Source: an uncultured bacterium
GTDB taxonomy: Bacteria; Desulfobacterota_D; UBA1144; Nemesobacterales; UBA2774
Direction of reading: 5' to 3'
NCBI GenBank assembly: GCA_963705505.1
Contig: CAVPJU010000003.1
Coordinates: forward strand, 293,004-357,003
DNA: 64,000 nt
In this document: in pieces, positions 45,689 to 55,698 of the stretch
How positions within the stretch are numbered: the first letter of the stretch is position 1
How the letters are laid out: each line of letters opens with the position of its first letter
Notes under the pieces: generated by a model
The model's input: only the letters and a program-made list of their open reading frames with translations
Told to the model about the DNA's origin: nothing
Databases searched by the model: none
Position numbers and translations under genes: made by a program

Positions 45689-46489
45689 ATGACCGATAAG
45701 TTTAACAATCTTGAATCGCTACCGGTTATTCAAAGCTTATGGATAGGCGAAAAACTATCCGTTATGGAACAGCTCTGTATATCTTCTTTTTTGAGTAATC
45801 GTCATCCCTTTCACTTATATACATATGGTGATGTAAAAAACGTACCTGAAGGGACTATCCTCAAAGATGCTGCTGAGATAATCAGCCCTGACAAGATTTT
45901 CAAAAATAAAGATCGCGACATATACGCCGGATTTTCAGACTTTTTCAGATATAAATTACTGTTCGAAAAGGGTAACTACTGGTGTGATATGGATGTAGTA
46001 TGCCTCAGGCCGTTCGAAAAGAGATCCGATTATGTTTTCGCAAATTCAAAAATACTAAAATCAGCCAACAATTTAAACGAGACATCCGGCGTGGCAAGTT
46101 GTGTTATCAAAGTACCGCCGGAATCAGAAATCATGAATTACTGCTATGAAGTATCCAAGAATAAAAATCCGCAAGAATTAGAGTGGGGTGATATAGGCCC
46201 ACGGCTTTTAAGAATCGCAGTAAAAAAATTCAATTTTGAAAAATATGTAGCGAGAGTAGAAACTTTCTGTCCCGTTGACTGGTCCCACTGGCAGAGATTC
46301 CTGAGCCGCTCCCCGTTGGTTATCTGGACTGAGATGGCGAAGATGGCACTATTTCGCACGAAAGGAGTGCATCTCTGGAATGAAATGTGGCGTTTGGACG
46401 GTGTTGATAAAAACGGCCCCTTTCCCAAGTCCTGCATTTATGAAAAACTTAAAAGTCGTTACCTTGGTGCCGGAGGTATTCAATTATGA
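45689..46489 (+). CDS. GT32 glycosyltransferase (paralog of 43534)
   Basis: IQSLWIG, FSDFFRYKLL, WCDMDVVC, WGDIGP, HLWNEMW. Confidence 0.82.
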   Translation: MTDKFNNLESLPVIQSLWIGEKLSVMEQLCISSFLSNRHPFHLYTYGDVKNVPEGTILKDAAEIISPDKIFKNKDRDIYAGFSDFFRYKLLFEKGNYWCDMDVVCLRPFEKRSDYVFANSKILKSANNLNETSGVASCVIKVPPESEIMNYCYEVSKNKNPQELEWGDIGPRLLRIAVKKFNFEKYVARVETFCPVDWSHWQRFLSRSPLVIWTEMAKMALFRTKGVHLWNEMWRLDGVDKNGPFPKSCIYEKLKSRYLGAGGIQL

Positions 46490-46660
46490 TCGATGGCCCA
46501 AAATAAGCCGATATACTTGGGCATGGATTATAGTAATATGGCTAGTGATCTTGGGATCCGTTGTTAGGAAAGGCTCACGTAAGATTATCTCTAAGCAAGC
46601 TATTCTATAAGTAATGAAGGTCCAAACGGACTGTCTCCCGGTTAATCCGCTATATGTTTA

Positions 46661-47614
46661 CTATATCCTCCATGAGGCTTTAGCATACCGGGGCATCGAT
46701 AAAGCGATAAAGCCCCCCATCAAATATAATGAATAATAAGCTGTCATAATGCCAATAGCGACCGGAGTTTGCCAAAGAGAGAGATTAACTTCTTTCCTAT
46801 GTTGAATTATTCTGTTAAAACTCCTACGAATGCGCGCGAGGTAGGAATTTCTGAAAAAATCAAGGAAATCAGGTTGATCTGTCAGGAAATGGTCACGACC
46901 TTCCGCCAGCGCCCTTGTATAGAAATGAGAGAAGCCGTTCGGCGCCGGATGAGATACCCGTGCGGCGGTATTAGTCCATACAGGTATGCCCGCACGTTCC
47001 AGCTGTTTATAAAGCATGTAGCATGACCCGCGAGTTACACCTTCCGGCATTTCCGGAAACGGGTACTTTGCAATGACTTCTTTTCTAAATGCAACATTAT
47101 TTGCATAAAAACCTGTGTTTCGGATGCTGATATCCCGCTCTTGAAGACGCAAGCCGAAAAACCAAGATAAAGCAAAAGCTTTCGAATAAACATCTTCATG
47201 ATCAATATATGAATTTCCCGCTAGCACTTTTATCTCCGTATTTTCAAAGAAAGGCCGGACTATATTTACAAGCCAGCCGTCTTCAGGAATTACATCGCTA
47301 TCGAGAAAAACAATTATTTCTCCATTCGCCAGTTTTACGCCTTCGTTTTTTAATTCGTAATAGTGCTTACCGGAAACTTCCTCAACCCTTAGAACAAATG
47401 GAGTGATTCCCTCATCGATTTCGAGTATTTTATAGAGTTCAGTTTCAAGAACCGACCTTTCAATTTGTCCAGGGTTAAATAACACTATTATTTCAACCGC
47501 TTCTCCTACAATAGGAATCTGCTGCTTTAATTTCTCAAGCATCGAAAGACTTCTTCCCATATCTGCGAGCAGGCAATTTTCCCATTCGATGACAATACTG
47601 ATCTCGGGCTTCAT
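46661..47614 (-). CDS. GT2 family glycosyltransferase
   Basis: ISIVI, KNEGVKLANGEIIVFLDSD, ANNVAFRK. Confidence 0.82.
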   Translation of the reverse strand: MKPEISIVIEWENCLLADMGRSLSMLEKLKQQIPIVGEAVEIIVLFNPGQIERSVLETELYKILEIDEGITPFVLRVEEVSGKHYYELKNEGVKLANGEIIVFLDSDVIPEDGWLVNIVRPFFENTEIKVLAGNSYIDHEDVYSKAFALSWFFGLRLQERDISIRNTGFYANNVAFRKEVIAKYPFPEMPEGVTRGSCYMLYKQLERAGIPVWTNTAARVSHPAPNGFSHFYTRALAEGRDHFLTDQPDFLDFFRNSYLARIRRSFNRIIQHRKEVNLSLWQTPVAIGIMTAYYSLYLMGGFIALSMPRYAKASWRI

Positions 47615-47854
47615 AGAATTTCCGTTATAAATAGTTTAGTAAAACTAATGCAATAGAATCTAAGTTATATCTACTCCTGATATCATTAGCCTCCGACTCT
47701 TTTGTATTACATTAGATATATATTTTATCATATGCGAAATCTCGTTTACAATATTGCTTAATGCTCATTGTTCAATGTTAATCATCGCCTTCCAACTTTG
47801 AATTGTATATTATAACAATTCGGCATTGTACTTTTTTAATGATATGAATAGCAT

Positions 47855-48769
47855 GTGAGAACATCTAAAGTGAAAGAATTGCCTAAAATCTCAATAGTGA
47901 TTCCAGTCTTTAATGCTATTTCTACAATTGCCCTTTGTCTAGAATCGGTTCAAGAACTAAACTATCCGCGAGAAAAGCTGGAAATTATTGTCGTAGACAA
48001 TGGGTCCGACGATGGGAGTGATAAGATTGCGAAAAAATTTGGTGTACAACTTTTTTATGAAACATCGATAAAAAGCTCCTACCAGGCGCGTAACAGAGGA
48101 GTAACGAATGCAGACGGTGAACTTATAGCATTCACAGACTCTGATTGCATCGTATCTTCCGATTGGTTAATAAATCTCATTAAGAGCTGGGATGATAAAT
48201 CAATAGGCTGCTTCGCAGGAGAAATACTATCTTACAACCCGAAGACCCTGGTAGAAAAATTTTCAGATCGTTCCGGAATACTAAGACACAAATGGTCACT
48301 TGATTGCTCATATATGCCTTATGCGACGACGGCTAACACCGCATACAGAAAAGAGGTATTCGATAGAGTCGGTCTTTTTAATCCGCAACTTTTTTCAGGA
48401 GGAGACGGTGACTTATCATGGAGAATGCAAAGAGAAACCGATCTAAAAATTAAATTCGAACCTGATGCAATTGTTTATCATAAACATCGAACCAATATAA
48501 TAGGGTTATATAAACAATTCAAGAAATACGAGTGTGGACAATTACTTTTGCGCAAGCTCTATCCGGACTTGCCAGTGCCAACCGTCAACGAAAGAAGATA
48601 CGAGCTTCTCAGCAGTATTTATATACTTATAAGAACGTTCCCAGGCAACACAGTAAAATACATCAATAAGGACATAGATGCAGTCACGCTTTCGTCCCCT
48701 TTCTTCAGCTTTATTAAACAGCTAGGTATATACAGCGGTCGATTATCCAAAATCAATAACGATGCTTGA
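47855..48769 (+). CDS. GT2 family glycosyltransferase
   Basis: ISIVIPVFN, VVDNGSDD, ARNRG, FTDSDC, GGDGDL. Confidence 0.88.
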   Translation: MRTSKVKELPKISIVIPVFNAISTIALCLESVQELNYPREKLEIIVVDNGSDDGSDKIAKKFGVQLFYETSIKSSYQARNRGVTNADGELIAFTDSDCIVSSDWLINLIKSWDDKSIGCFAGEILSYNPKTLVEKFSDRSGILRHKWSLDCSYMPYATTANTAYRKEVFDRVGLFNPQLFSGGDGDLSWRMQRETDLKIKFEPDAIVYHKHRTNIIGLYKQFKKYECGQLLLRKLYPDLPVPTVNERRYELLSSIYILIRTFPGNTVKYINKDIDAVTLSSPFFSFIKQLGIYSGRLSKINNDA

Positions 48770-49053
48770 CCAGTCAATAGCAGAGTAATCCGCCAAATGA
48801 ACATTAGTTAACAACGTGGGATTTGTCCCGATCGACCGTAGGCCCCTGTAAATAGTCAGATCTGAAAACACCCCGTGCCGGGGTAGGGAAGCAAATCGAG
48901 AATTATCCATATTCATGGGTATAGTTGAATAATATCAATAAGGCAGTACAATTCACACAATAAGCACTCCAGATCATTAATTCTTTGGAAAAAGGCATAA
49001 CGATCCGTGCTTACACACTATTTATCCCTGTGGTTGGAAATCAGGAGTAGGGT

Positions 49054-50061
49054 ATGACGGTCGGATTTAATGAAAACATCGAAATAAATACAGGTTTTTT
49101 TGACAACGAGAAAAAACTGCCTCTTATCATAACTCCAAAGCGTAAAGGCTTGACTTTAAGAGAGTTTTTCAAATCAAACCAAAAGGAAATAGAAACGAAT
49201 TTATTAAAATACGGGGGCATATTATTCAGGGGGTTTCAGGTCGACGGGATCGAGGATTTCGAATCTACGGTCCAGAACTGTTACGGCAGCTTAATTGATT
49301 ATAATGACAGAGCCACTCACAGGACTCAGGTCAAAGGCAAGGTATACACCGCTACCAATTACCCGCCGGAGCTCGATATAATTCTCCATAATGAAAGCTC
49401 GTTCGCCGCGAAATTCCCGATGAGAATTTTCTTTTACAGCATTGAAGCCGCGGAAAAAGGAGGGGAAACGCCCATAGCGGACGTGAGGAAGGTCTACGAA
49501 CAAATCGACCCTTCAGCCAGAAAACCCTTTGAGGAGAAAGGCGTTTTATACGTTAGAAACCTTGCAGGAGGGCCTTTCGGCTTCACGTGGCAGGAAGTTT
49601 ACCAAACACAGGATAAAGCCGAGATGGAAAGGTTCTGTAAAGAATCAGAGACAGATTTTGAATGGATAGACGAGAAAAAAGTCAGAACGAAACAACTGAG
49701 GCCAGCGGTCGCGAAGCACCCCGTTACAGGAGAATTATTGTGGCTCAATCATGCTACAGTGCTTAACGTATTCGCAATTGAGCCGAAATTACAGCAAATG
49801 CTCCTTAAATTTTTCAAAGAGAAGGATTTGCCGAACAATACCTTTTACGGCGACGGTACGAGCATCAGTAAAGACGTGATTGGAGAACTGAGGAAAGCCT
49901 ACGATGCTGAGACAATTGCTTTCAGATGGGAACCGGGCGATGTCCTTATGCTGGATAATATGCTCGTCGCTCACGGCAGGAAGCCGTTCTCCGGCAAGAG
50001 AAAAGTCGTGGTCGCAATGGCGAAACCCGTAAGCTGGAAGGAGCTCGACACCTCGGTTTAA
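49054..50061 (+). CDS. TauD/TfdA family 2OG-Fe(II) dioxygenase (SyrP-like)
   Basis: GGILFRGF, LHNESS (HxE), GGETPIAD, WEPGDVLMLDNMLVAHGR. Confidence 0.88.
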   Translation: MTVGFNENIEINTGFFDNEKKLPLIITPKRKGLTLREFFKSNQKEIETNLLKYGGILFRGFQVDGIEDFESTVQNCYGSLIDYNDRATHRTQVKGKVYTATNYPPELDIILHNESSFAAKFPMRIFFYSIEAAEKGGETPIADVRKVYEQIDPSARKPFEEKGVLYVRNLAGGPFGFTWQEVYQTQDKAEMERFCKESETDFEWIDEKKVRTKQLRPAVAKHPVTGELLWLNHATVLNVFAIEPKLQQMLLKFFKEKDLPNNTFYGDGTSISKDVIGELRKAYDAETIAFRWEPGDVLMLDNMLVAHGRKPFSGKRKVVVAMAKPVSWKELDTSV

Positions 50062-50071
50062 AAACTTTCAA

Positions 50072-50332
50072 ATGTCAGACCATTTAAGAAAAAAACTCAT
50101 CGATTTTGTCGATGCTAAAATTAAAGACTCAGGAAAGTCTATTCCCGGGAACTTCAGCGATAACACGCCACTCATAACATCCGGGCTTTTAGAATCTCTG
50201 CACTTACTTGAGCTGGCGTTACTGGTGGAGGAGGAAGTCGGTGCTCCATTGGACCTGACAACGCTGGACTTTACCAAAGAATGGGACACCATAAATAATA
50301 TTTTAAATTTCGTAAAGAACTGCAAATCATAG
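50072..50332 (+). CDS. Stand-alone acyl/aminoacyl carrier protein
   Basis: 86 aa, acidic core; TPLITSGLLESLHLLEL (GxxDS-like Ppant site), WDTINNI. Confidence 0.78.
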   Translation: MSDHLRKKLIDFVDAKIKDSGKSIPGNFSDNTPLITSGLLESLHLLELALLVEEEVGAPLDLTTLDFTKEWDTINNILNFVKNCKS

Positions 50333-50370
50333 CTTCTCAATACAACCAACACTGATTCGACTATACCCAA

Positions 50371-51524
50371 ATGGACCATGTAATATTAAAATATTCCGAT
50401 GACTTTGAAAACCATATAGACGAAATCGCCAGACTCAAAACAATCAACTGGGGCCTGGATTTTGATGTATTCAGATCCTACGTAAAATGGAACTACATTG
50501 ACCGGCCTCATTCTAAACCACCCATAATATATTTTGTTCGAGACGGAGAAGAGGTCGTAGCCATGAGAGGCGCGTATGAAACAACATGGCAGCTAAAAGG
50601 CGCATCAGCACGTTTTAATGCACTATGTTCCGCGGACCTCTTAATACTGCAGGAATACAGGAACAAAGGTATATATAAAGAGCTGGCTAACTTCGTCATG
50701 GACGATTTGGAAAAGATGGGCGTTCAATACTTTTTTAGCTTCAATGCAACGCCCCTGAATACTATGATTTCCTTATCCATGGGTTGGAAAAGCATCGGAG
50801 AAATTAAAATCATTAATAAACAATTCCAAAGTAAAGGATCAAATGCAATCGCACTCGCCAAGAAATTAGCAGGTCCATACGCCAGAAAATTATTGAGAAA
50901 AACCGGGATCAACATGGTTTTAAAAAGGAGAAAAAGAGACAATTCACAAAGACTCGATATGATTTATCATAACCCAAGGACTCAGCTGCCTCCCCGTATT
51001 TTGTTAGACAATAAACCCAAACCGGCGGAAATGGCTCTCCTCGTTAACAGTACACTTCCGGAAAATAAAATCACCCTGGTACGAGATGAAACGTACTTCC
51101 ATTGGAGATACAATAACCCGCTTTCAAAATATCTTTTCCTATACTGGTACGATGAGGGCTTAAAAGGCTATCTGGTATTACAAAGCCATTTATACAGTAT
51201 GGAATCCAGTAGGCACACATAATATATTTGAATTAGAGGCGACTAGATTCCTCAATAAAAATTGAGCTGTTAAATACCCTGATATCAGTCGTGAATTCCG
51301 GATCAATATCAATCTGGGCAAACATGCTGGATCAAGATAGCTATGATTTCTTAGTGTCAAAAGGATTTAAAGAAGATAATTCGACAAATAGCGCAAATGA
51401 CTCTACTCAAGGTATTTTGATCCGACCATTAGGTCAACATAATAATACAATGGAATTTCAAGGGTTGAATTTGCTTGATGCAAAAAGTTGGGATCTACAA
51501 ATGATATATTTACACGATCACTGA
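50371..51524 (+). CDS. GNAT-family acyltransferase, +1 frameshift at ~51210
   Basis: Colinear with paralog 51556-52707; ORFs 50371-51222 and 51291-51524 together give full length. Confidence 0.78.
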
Positions 51525-51555
51525 TTAACCAAGATTATGAAATTCCCGAGACCAA

Positions 51556-52707
51556 ATGGACTACACAATATCAAAATACTCCGATGACTTTGAAAACCAT
51601 ATAGATCAAATCGCCAGACTCAAAACAATCAACTGGGGCCTGGACTTTGATGTATTCAGATCCTACGTAAAATGGAACTACATTGATAGACCACATTCTA
51701 AACAACCCATAATATATTTCGTTCGTTCAGGAGATGAGATCGTAGCAATGAGCGGTGTGTATGAAACTACATGGCAGCTAAAAGGCGCAACAGCACGTTT
51801 TAGCGCATTATGTTCTGCGGACATCTTAATACTACAGGAATACAGAAATAAAGGAATATACAAAGAGATGGCTAACTTCGTCATGGAAGATTTGGATAGG
51901 ATGGGCGTTCAACACTTTTTTAGCCTCAATGCAACGCCCCTGAATACTATGATTTCCTTATCTATGGGTTGGAAAAGCATCGGAGAAATTAAAATCATTA
52001 AAAAACAATTCCAAAGTAAAGGGTCAAGGGCAATGGCGCTCGCCAAGAAATTAGCAGGTCCATACGCCAGAAAATTATTGAGAAAAACCGGGATCAACAT
52101 GATCTTAAAAAGAAGAAAAAGAGACAATTCAGCAAGAATCGAGATGATTTATCATAACCCGGGGACTCAGCTGCCTCCCCATATTTTGCTAGACAATAAA
52201 CCCAGACCGGCGGAAATGGCCCTACTCGTTAACAGCACCCTGCCGAGTAATAAAATTACCCAGGTAAGAGATGAAATGTTCTTTCGCTGGAGATACAATA
52301 ATCCGCTTTCAAAATACCTTTTCCTATACTGGTACGGTGACGGCTTAAAAGGCTATCTGGTATTACAGAGCCATTTATACAGTGTAGAATCCGGGGGCGC
52401 GCATAGTATATTTGAGTTAGAAGCGACAGACGCCTCGATAAAAATCGAGCTGTTAAATACCCTGATATCGCTCATGAATTCCGGATCAATTTCAACCTGG
52501 GCAAACATGCTGGATCGAGATAGCTATGATTTTTTAGTATCGAAGGGATTTAAAGAAGATAATTTGCCGAAGAGCGCAAAAGAGCCGCCTCAAACTATTT
52601 TGGTCCGGCTGTTAGGACAGGAAAACAATAAGATTGAATTTCAAGGTCTAAATTTACTCGATTCAAAAAGCTGGGATTATAAAATGATATATTTACATGA
52701 TTATTGA
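51556..52707 (+). CDS. GNAT-family acyltransferase (tandem GNAT fold)
   Basis: YVKWNY, ADILILQEYRNKGIY (acyl-CoA motif A-like), RDEMFFRWRYNNP. Confidence 0.78.
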   Translation: MDYTISKYSDDFENHIDQIARLKTINWGLDFDVFRSYVKWNYIDRPHSKQPIIYFVRSGDEIVAMSGVYETTWQLKGATARFSALCSADILILQEYRNKGIYKEMANFVMEDLDRMGVQHFFSLNATPLNTMISLSMGWKSIGEIKIIKKQFQSKGSRAMALAKKLAGPYARKLLRKTGINMILKRRKRDNSARIEMIYHNPGTQLPPHILLDNKPRPAEMALLVNSTLPSNKITQVRDEMFFRWRYNNPLSKYLFLYWYGDGLKGYLVLQSHLYSVESGGAHSIFELEATDASIKIELLNTLISLMNSGSISTWANMLDRDSYDFLVSKGFKEDNLPKSAKEPPQTILVRLLGQENNKIEFQGLNLLDSKSWDYKMIYLHDY

Positions 52708-52839
52708 TTAAGTAAGCTTACGAAATTCCTGAGAAATTGGGCAAATATCTGTCACAAGGATATCTGAATACACAGGATAACATGCACAGACGGATATCCC
52801 CCTACCAGAACAATTGTTATATGGAGATCCCACAAGATT

Positions 52840-54045
52840 GTGCATAAACCCAGCGCTATAGTAATCAAACTTGACTGTGTCACAGGTTTGCAGACATCCC
52901 GGATATTGGCTAAATACGGGATATCCGTAATCGGCATTGCAGATGATCCCAATAATTTTTGCTGTAGGACCAACTCATGCAAACAAGTCCTGACCGCCAA
53001 CACATCAAATGATGAACTGATAATTACATTAATCAGACTAGGTAAAAAATTAGGCGGGAAATCCGCACTTTTTCCATGCAGTGACGATAGCGTTCTTGCC
53101 GTATCCATTCATAGAGAAGAACTCAAAGACTGGTACGAATTCGTATTTCCCGATCATCAGACTATCGATCTACTTATGGACAAGGTCAAGCTGTATCAAT
53201 ATTTAGAACGCACCGGTTTTTCGATACCGCCTACTTTTTTTGCCAGTAATAAATCGGATATAAAGGAAATAGCAAATAAAGTGACGTACCCATGCATAGT
53301 AAAACCGCCCAGGCCGGTACAAACATGGTTCAAATACTTTGAAAATAAGGTATTAAAAGTACGAGACCCGGAAGAACTGTATGCCATATGTGATAATTGC
53401 TTAAGGGCCACCGACACTTTAATTATTCAAGAATGGATCGACGGCAAAGAGTCTAATATATACCAATACTATTACTATTTTGATAAAAACTATAAGCCGA
53501 TCATCAACTATACATCACGCAAGCTGAGGCAATGGTCCATAGAAACGGGCGAAGCAAGTCTGGCGGAAGAATGTCTTGTTGATCCGGTCCCGAGAGAATC
53601 AATCGATATATATAGCGGAATTCAGTATAAAGGAATCATTTCACTTGAAATAAAAATCGATGAAAAAAGTGGTAGGCATTTTATTATTGAACCGGATGTC
53701 GGACGGCCGAATACGAGTATAGGTCTAGTTGAAGCCAGCGGCGTGCCGATTCTATATACGATGTACTGCGACGCATTAGGTTTGCCTTTGCCGGCTTATG
53801 CAGCACAAAAGTATACCGGCATCAAGTGGATTTCTCTCCGGAGAGATCTACAGGCATCCATAGAATATTATATTAGGGGTGAGCTCTCATTTAAGGATTG
53901 GCTGAAATCAATAAAAGGAGTAACAAGTTACGCCGTCTTCTCGATGCGTGACCCGCTGCCCTTTATACTTGATGCTTGGGACCTGGTTAGAACAATTCTC
54001 AATTTTGTGAGACGCAGAATAAGCGATGTTTTTAAAAAGATGTAA
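52840..54045 (+). CDS. ATP-grasp carboxylate-amine ligase (D-aspartate ligase-like)
   Basis: PCSDDSV, MDKVKLY, YPCIVKP, IIQEWIDG, RKLRQW, EIKID...IIEPDVGR. Confidence 0.82.
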   Translation: MHKPSAIVIKLDCVTGLQTSRILAKYGISVIGIADDPNNFCCRTNSCKQVLTANTSNDELIITLIRLGKKLGGKSALFPCSDDSVLAVSIHREELKDWYEFVFPDHQTIDLLMDKVKLYQYLERTGFSIPPTFFASNKSDIKEIANKVTYPCIVKPPRPVQTWFKYFENKVLKVRDPEELYAICDNCLRATDTLIIQEWIDGKESNIYQYYYYFDKNYKPIINYTSRKLRQWSIETGEASLAEECLVDPVPRESIDIYSGIQYKGIISLEIKIDEKSGRHFIIEPDVGRPNTSIGLVEASGVPILYTMYCDALGLPLPAYAAQKYTGIKWISLRRDLQASIEYYIRGELSFKDWLKSIKGVTSYAVFSMRDPLPFILDAWDLVRTILNFVRRRISDVFKKM

Positions 54046-54157
54046 GATTAAATAATGGTCAGGTAACGAGAGAAGATGATTTAACATGTAGAGTATAGAG
54101 GGATCCCCATGCGGATAGCAACCCTTCTATAAAACTACACACTGTTTATAGCGCGTA

Positions 54158-55279
54158 ATGAACTACGAGATAGTAAAATACGATCCTATTTACAATGATC
54201 AGATCTGCGAGCTCGAGAAAGAGATTTGGAGTCCGGATTTGGATGTAAATAAATCTTATCTTCAATGGAAATACTTTGAGAACCCTTATTCGGATTCACC
54301 TAAGCTATATTTAGCCCTCCTCGAAGGAAACGTAATTGCCGTTAGAGGAATGTACGATACAAAATGGCAATCGGGGGATAGTGCTGAAAGTTTTAAAGCC
54401 TTGTGTGCATCCGATTTGGTCATCCATCCGGATCATCGAAACAAGGGCTTATATCCCAAGCTAGCGAATTTTATCAATAACGATTTATATGACTTGGGCT
54501 ATCACTATCTTTTTAGTTTCAGTGCAGGCCCCGCTACTCTAATTAATTCTTTAGCCATGGGCTGGAAAAGCATCGGCAGGGTCAGAGTAATGAGTAAAGA
54601 ATTTTATCCGAGACACATCATTAAAAAATTAATGAGTCATAATACGATAAAAGAATTCATAAAAAGGACCATAGCGGCAAAATATCTGAAAATTCCGGCG
54701 AAAGCTTTTAAAAACTACCAAGAGTTTCAATATCACAAAAAAATACCTTCTCAAATAAGGATCGATAAAAATCCCATGCCCGATGAGATGACATCCCTCG
54801 TCAGGAAGCTGATACCAAACAATAAGATAGTTCTTACAAGAGATGAAAAATTCTTTAGCTGGAGATACAGGAACCCATTGTCAAACTATATCTTTTTATA
54901 CTGGTACGACGGTGGGTTAAAAGGCTACCTGGCAGCGCAAACCCGGCTGTATAAATATGGCTCCATGATCAATTTTAATATTATCGAATTAGAGGCCATG
55001 AGTTCCGGAATTAAAGTGGAACTACTGAAAACTTCGATCTCTTTACTGGGGAACAGATCGATATCAATATGGTCAACTATGCTCGATGAAACTATCCATA
55101 ACTTGCTTGTATCAAAAGGATTCAGGGAACAGAACGCGAGTAGTAGCGTCGCTGACTTTACTCCGACCGTATTGGTACGGACAACCGATGAATCAAATAA
55201 TAAAATAGAATTTCGGGGAATCGATCTCCTCGATATAAATAACTGGGACCTCAAAATGATTTATTCGGACGCCTTTTGA
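54158..55279 (+). CDS. GNAT-family acyltransferase (third paralog)
   Basis: YLQWKYFENP, SDLVIHPDHRNKGLY, RDEKFFSWRYRNP. Confidence 0.8.
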   Translation: MNYEIVKYDPIYNDQICELEKEIWSPDLDVNKSYLQWKYFENPYSDSPKLYLALLEGNVIAVRGMYDTKWQSGDSAESFKALCASDLVIHPDHRNKGLYPKLANFINNDLYDLGYHYLFSFSAGPATLINSLAMGWKSIGRVRVMSKEFYPRHIIKKLMSHNTIKEFIKRTIAAKYLKIPAKAFKNYQEFQYHKKIPSQIRIDKNPMPDEMTSLVRKLIPNNKIVLTRDEKFFSWRYRNPLSNYIFLYWYDGGLKGYLAAQTRLYKYGSMINFNIIELEAMSSGIKVELLKTSISLLGNRSISIWSTMLDETIHNLLVSKGFREQNASSSVADFTPTVLVRTTDESNNKIEFRGIDLLDINNWDLKMIYSDAF

Positions 55280-55698
55280 TTTTCCCGCACATTAGAATCG
55301 CTTTTTTACGCTGACTTAACCCAAAAATAACCACCAACGCTGCCATTGGCAGGGGGGAAGTAGAACCCCCCTCTGACGCTTCTGCCGGTTTCGCCAACTT
55401 CTTTTCCAATCCGGGACATTTTCATTTCTGACAACGAAATCGATACACTTGGCAGGGACAGGGCACGCATGAGTACAGAGGGAGCCTGTTTCAACAGGAA
55501 CTTATTGTTTGTGTGGGTCGGAAAAATGGTAAAAAGACCTAGATATCAAAAATTTCAGGGCATTTAAGGGCATAAGAATATTGAAGTATAATTAGTGAAG
55601 ATTAATCCTAAAGATCAAACATAAAATCAAGACGGCAAAGAAAAGAAGATTAACTTATGAAAAAATGTTAGAAAGCAAATTCGTGAGGAGGGTGAGTT

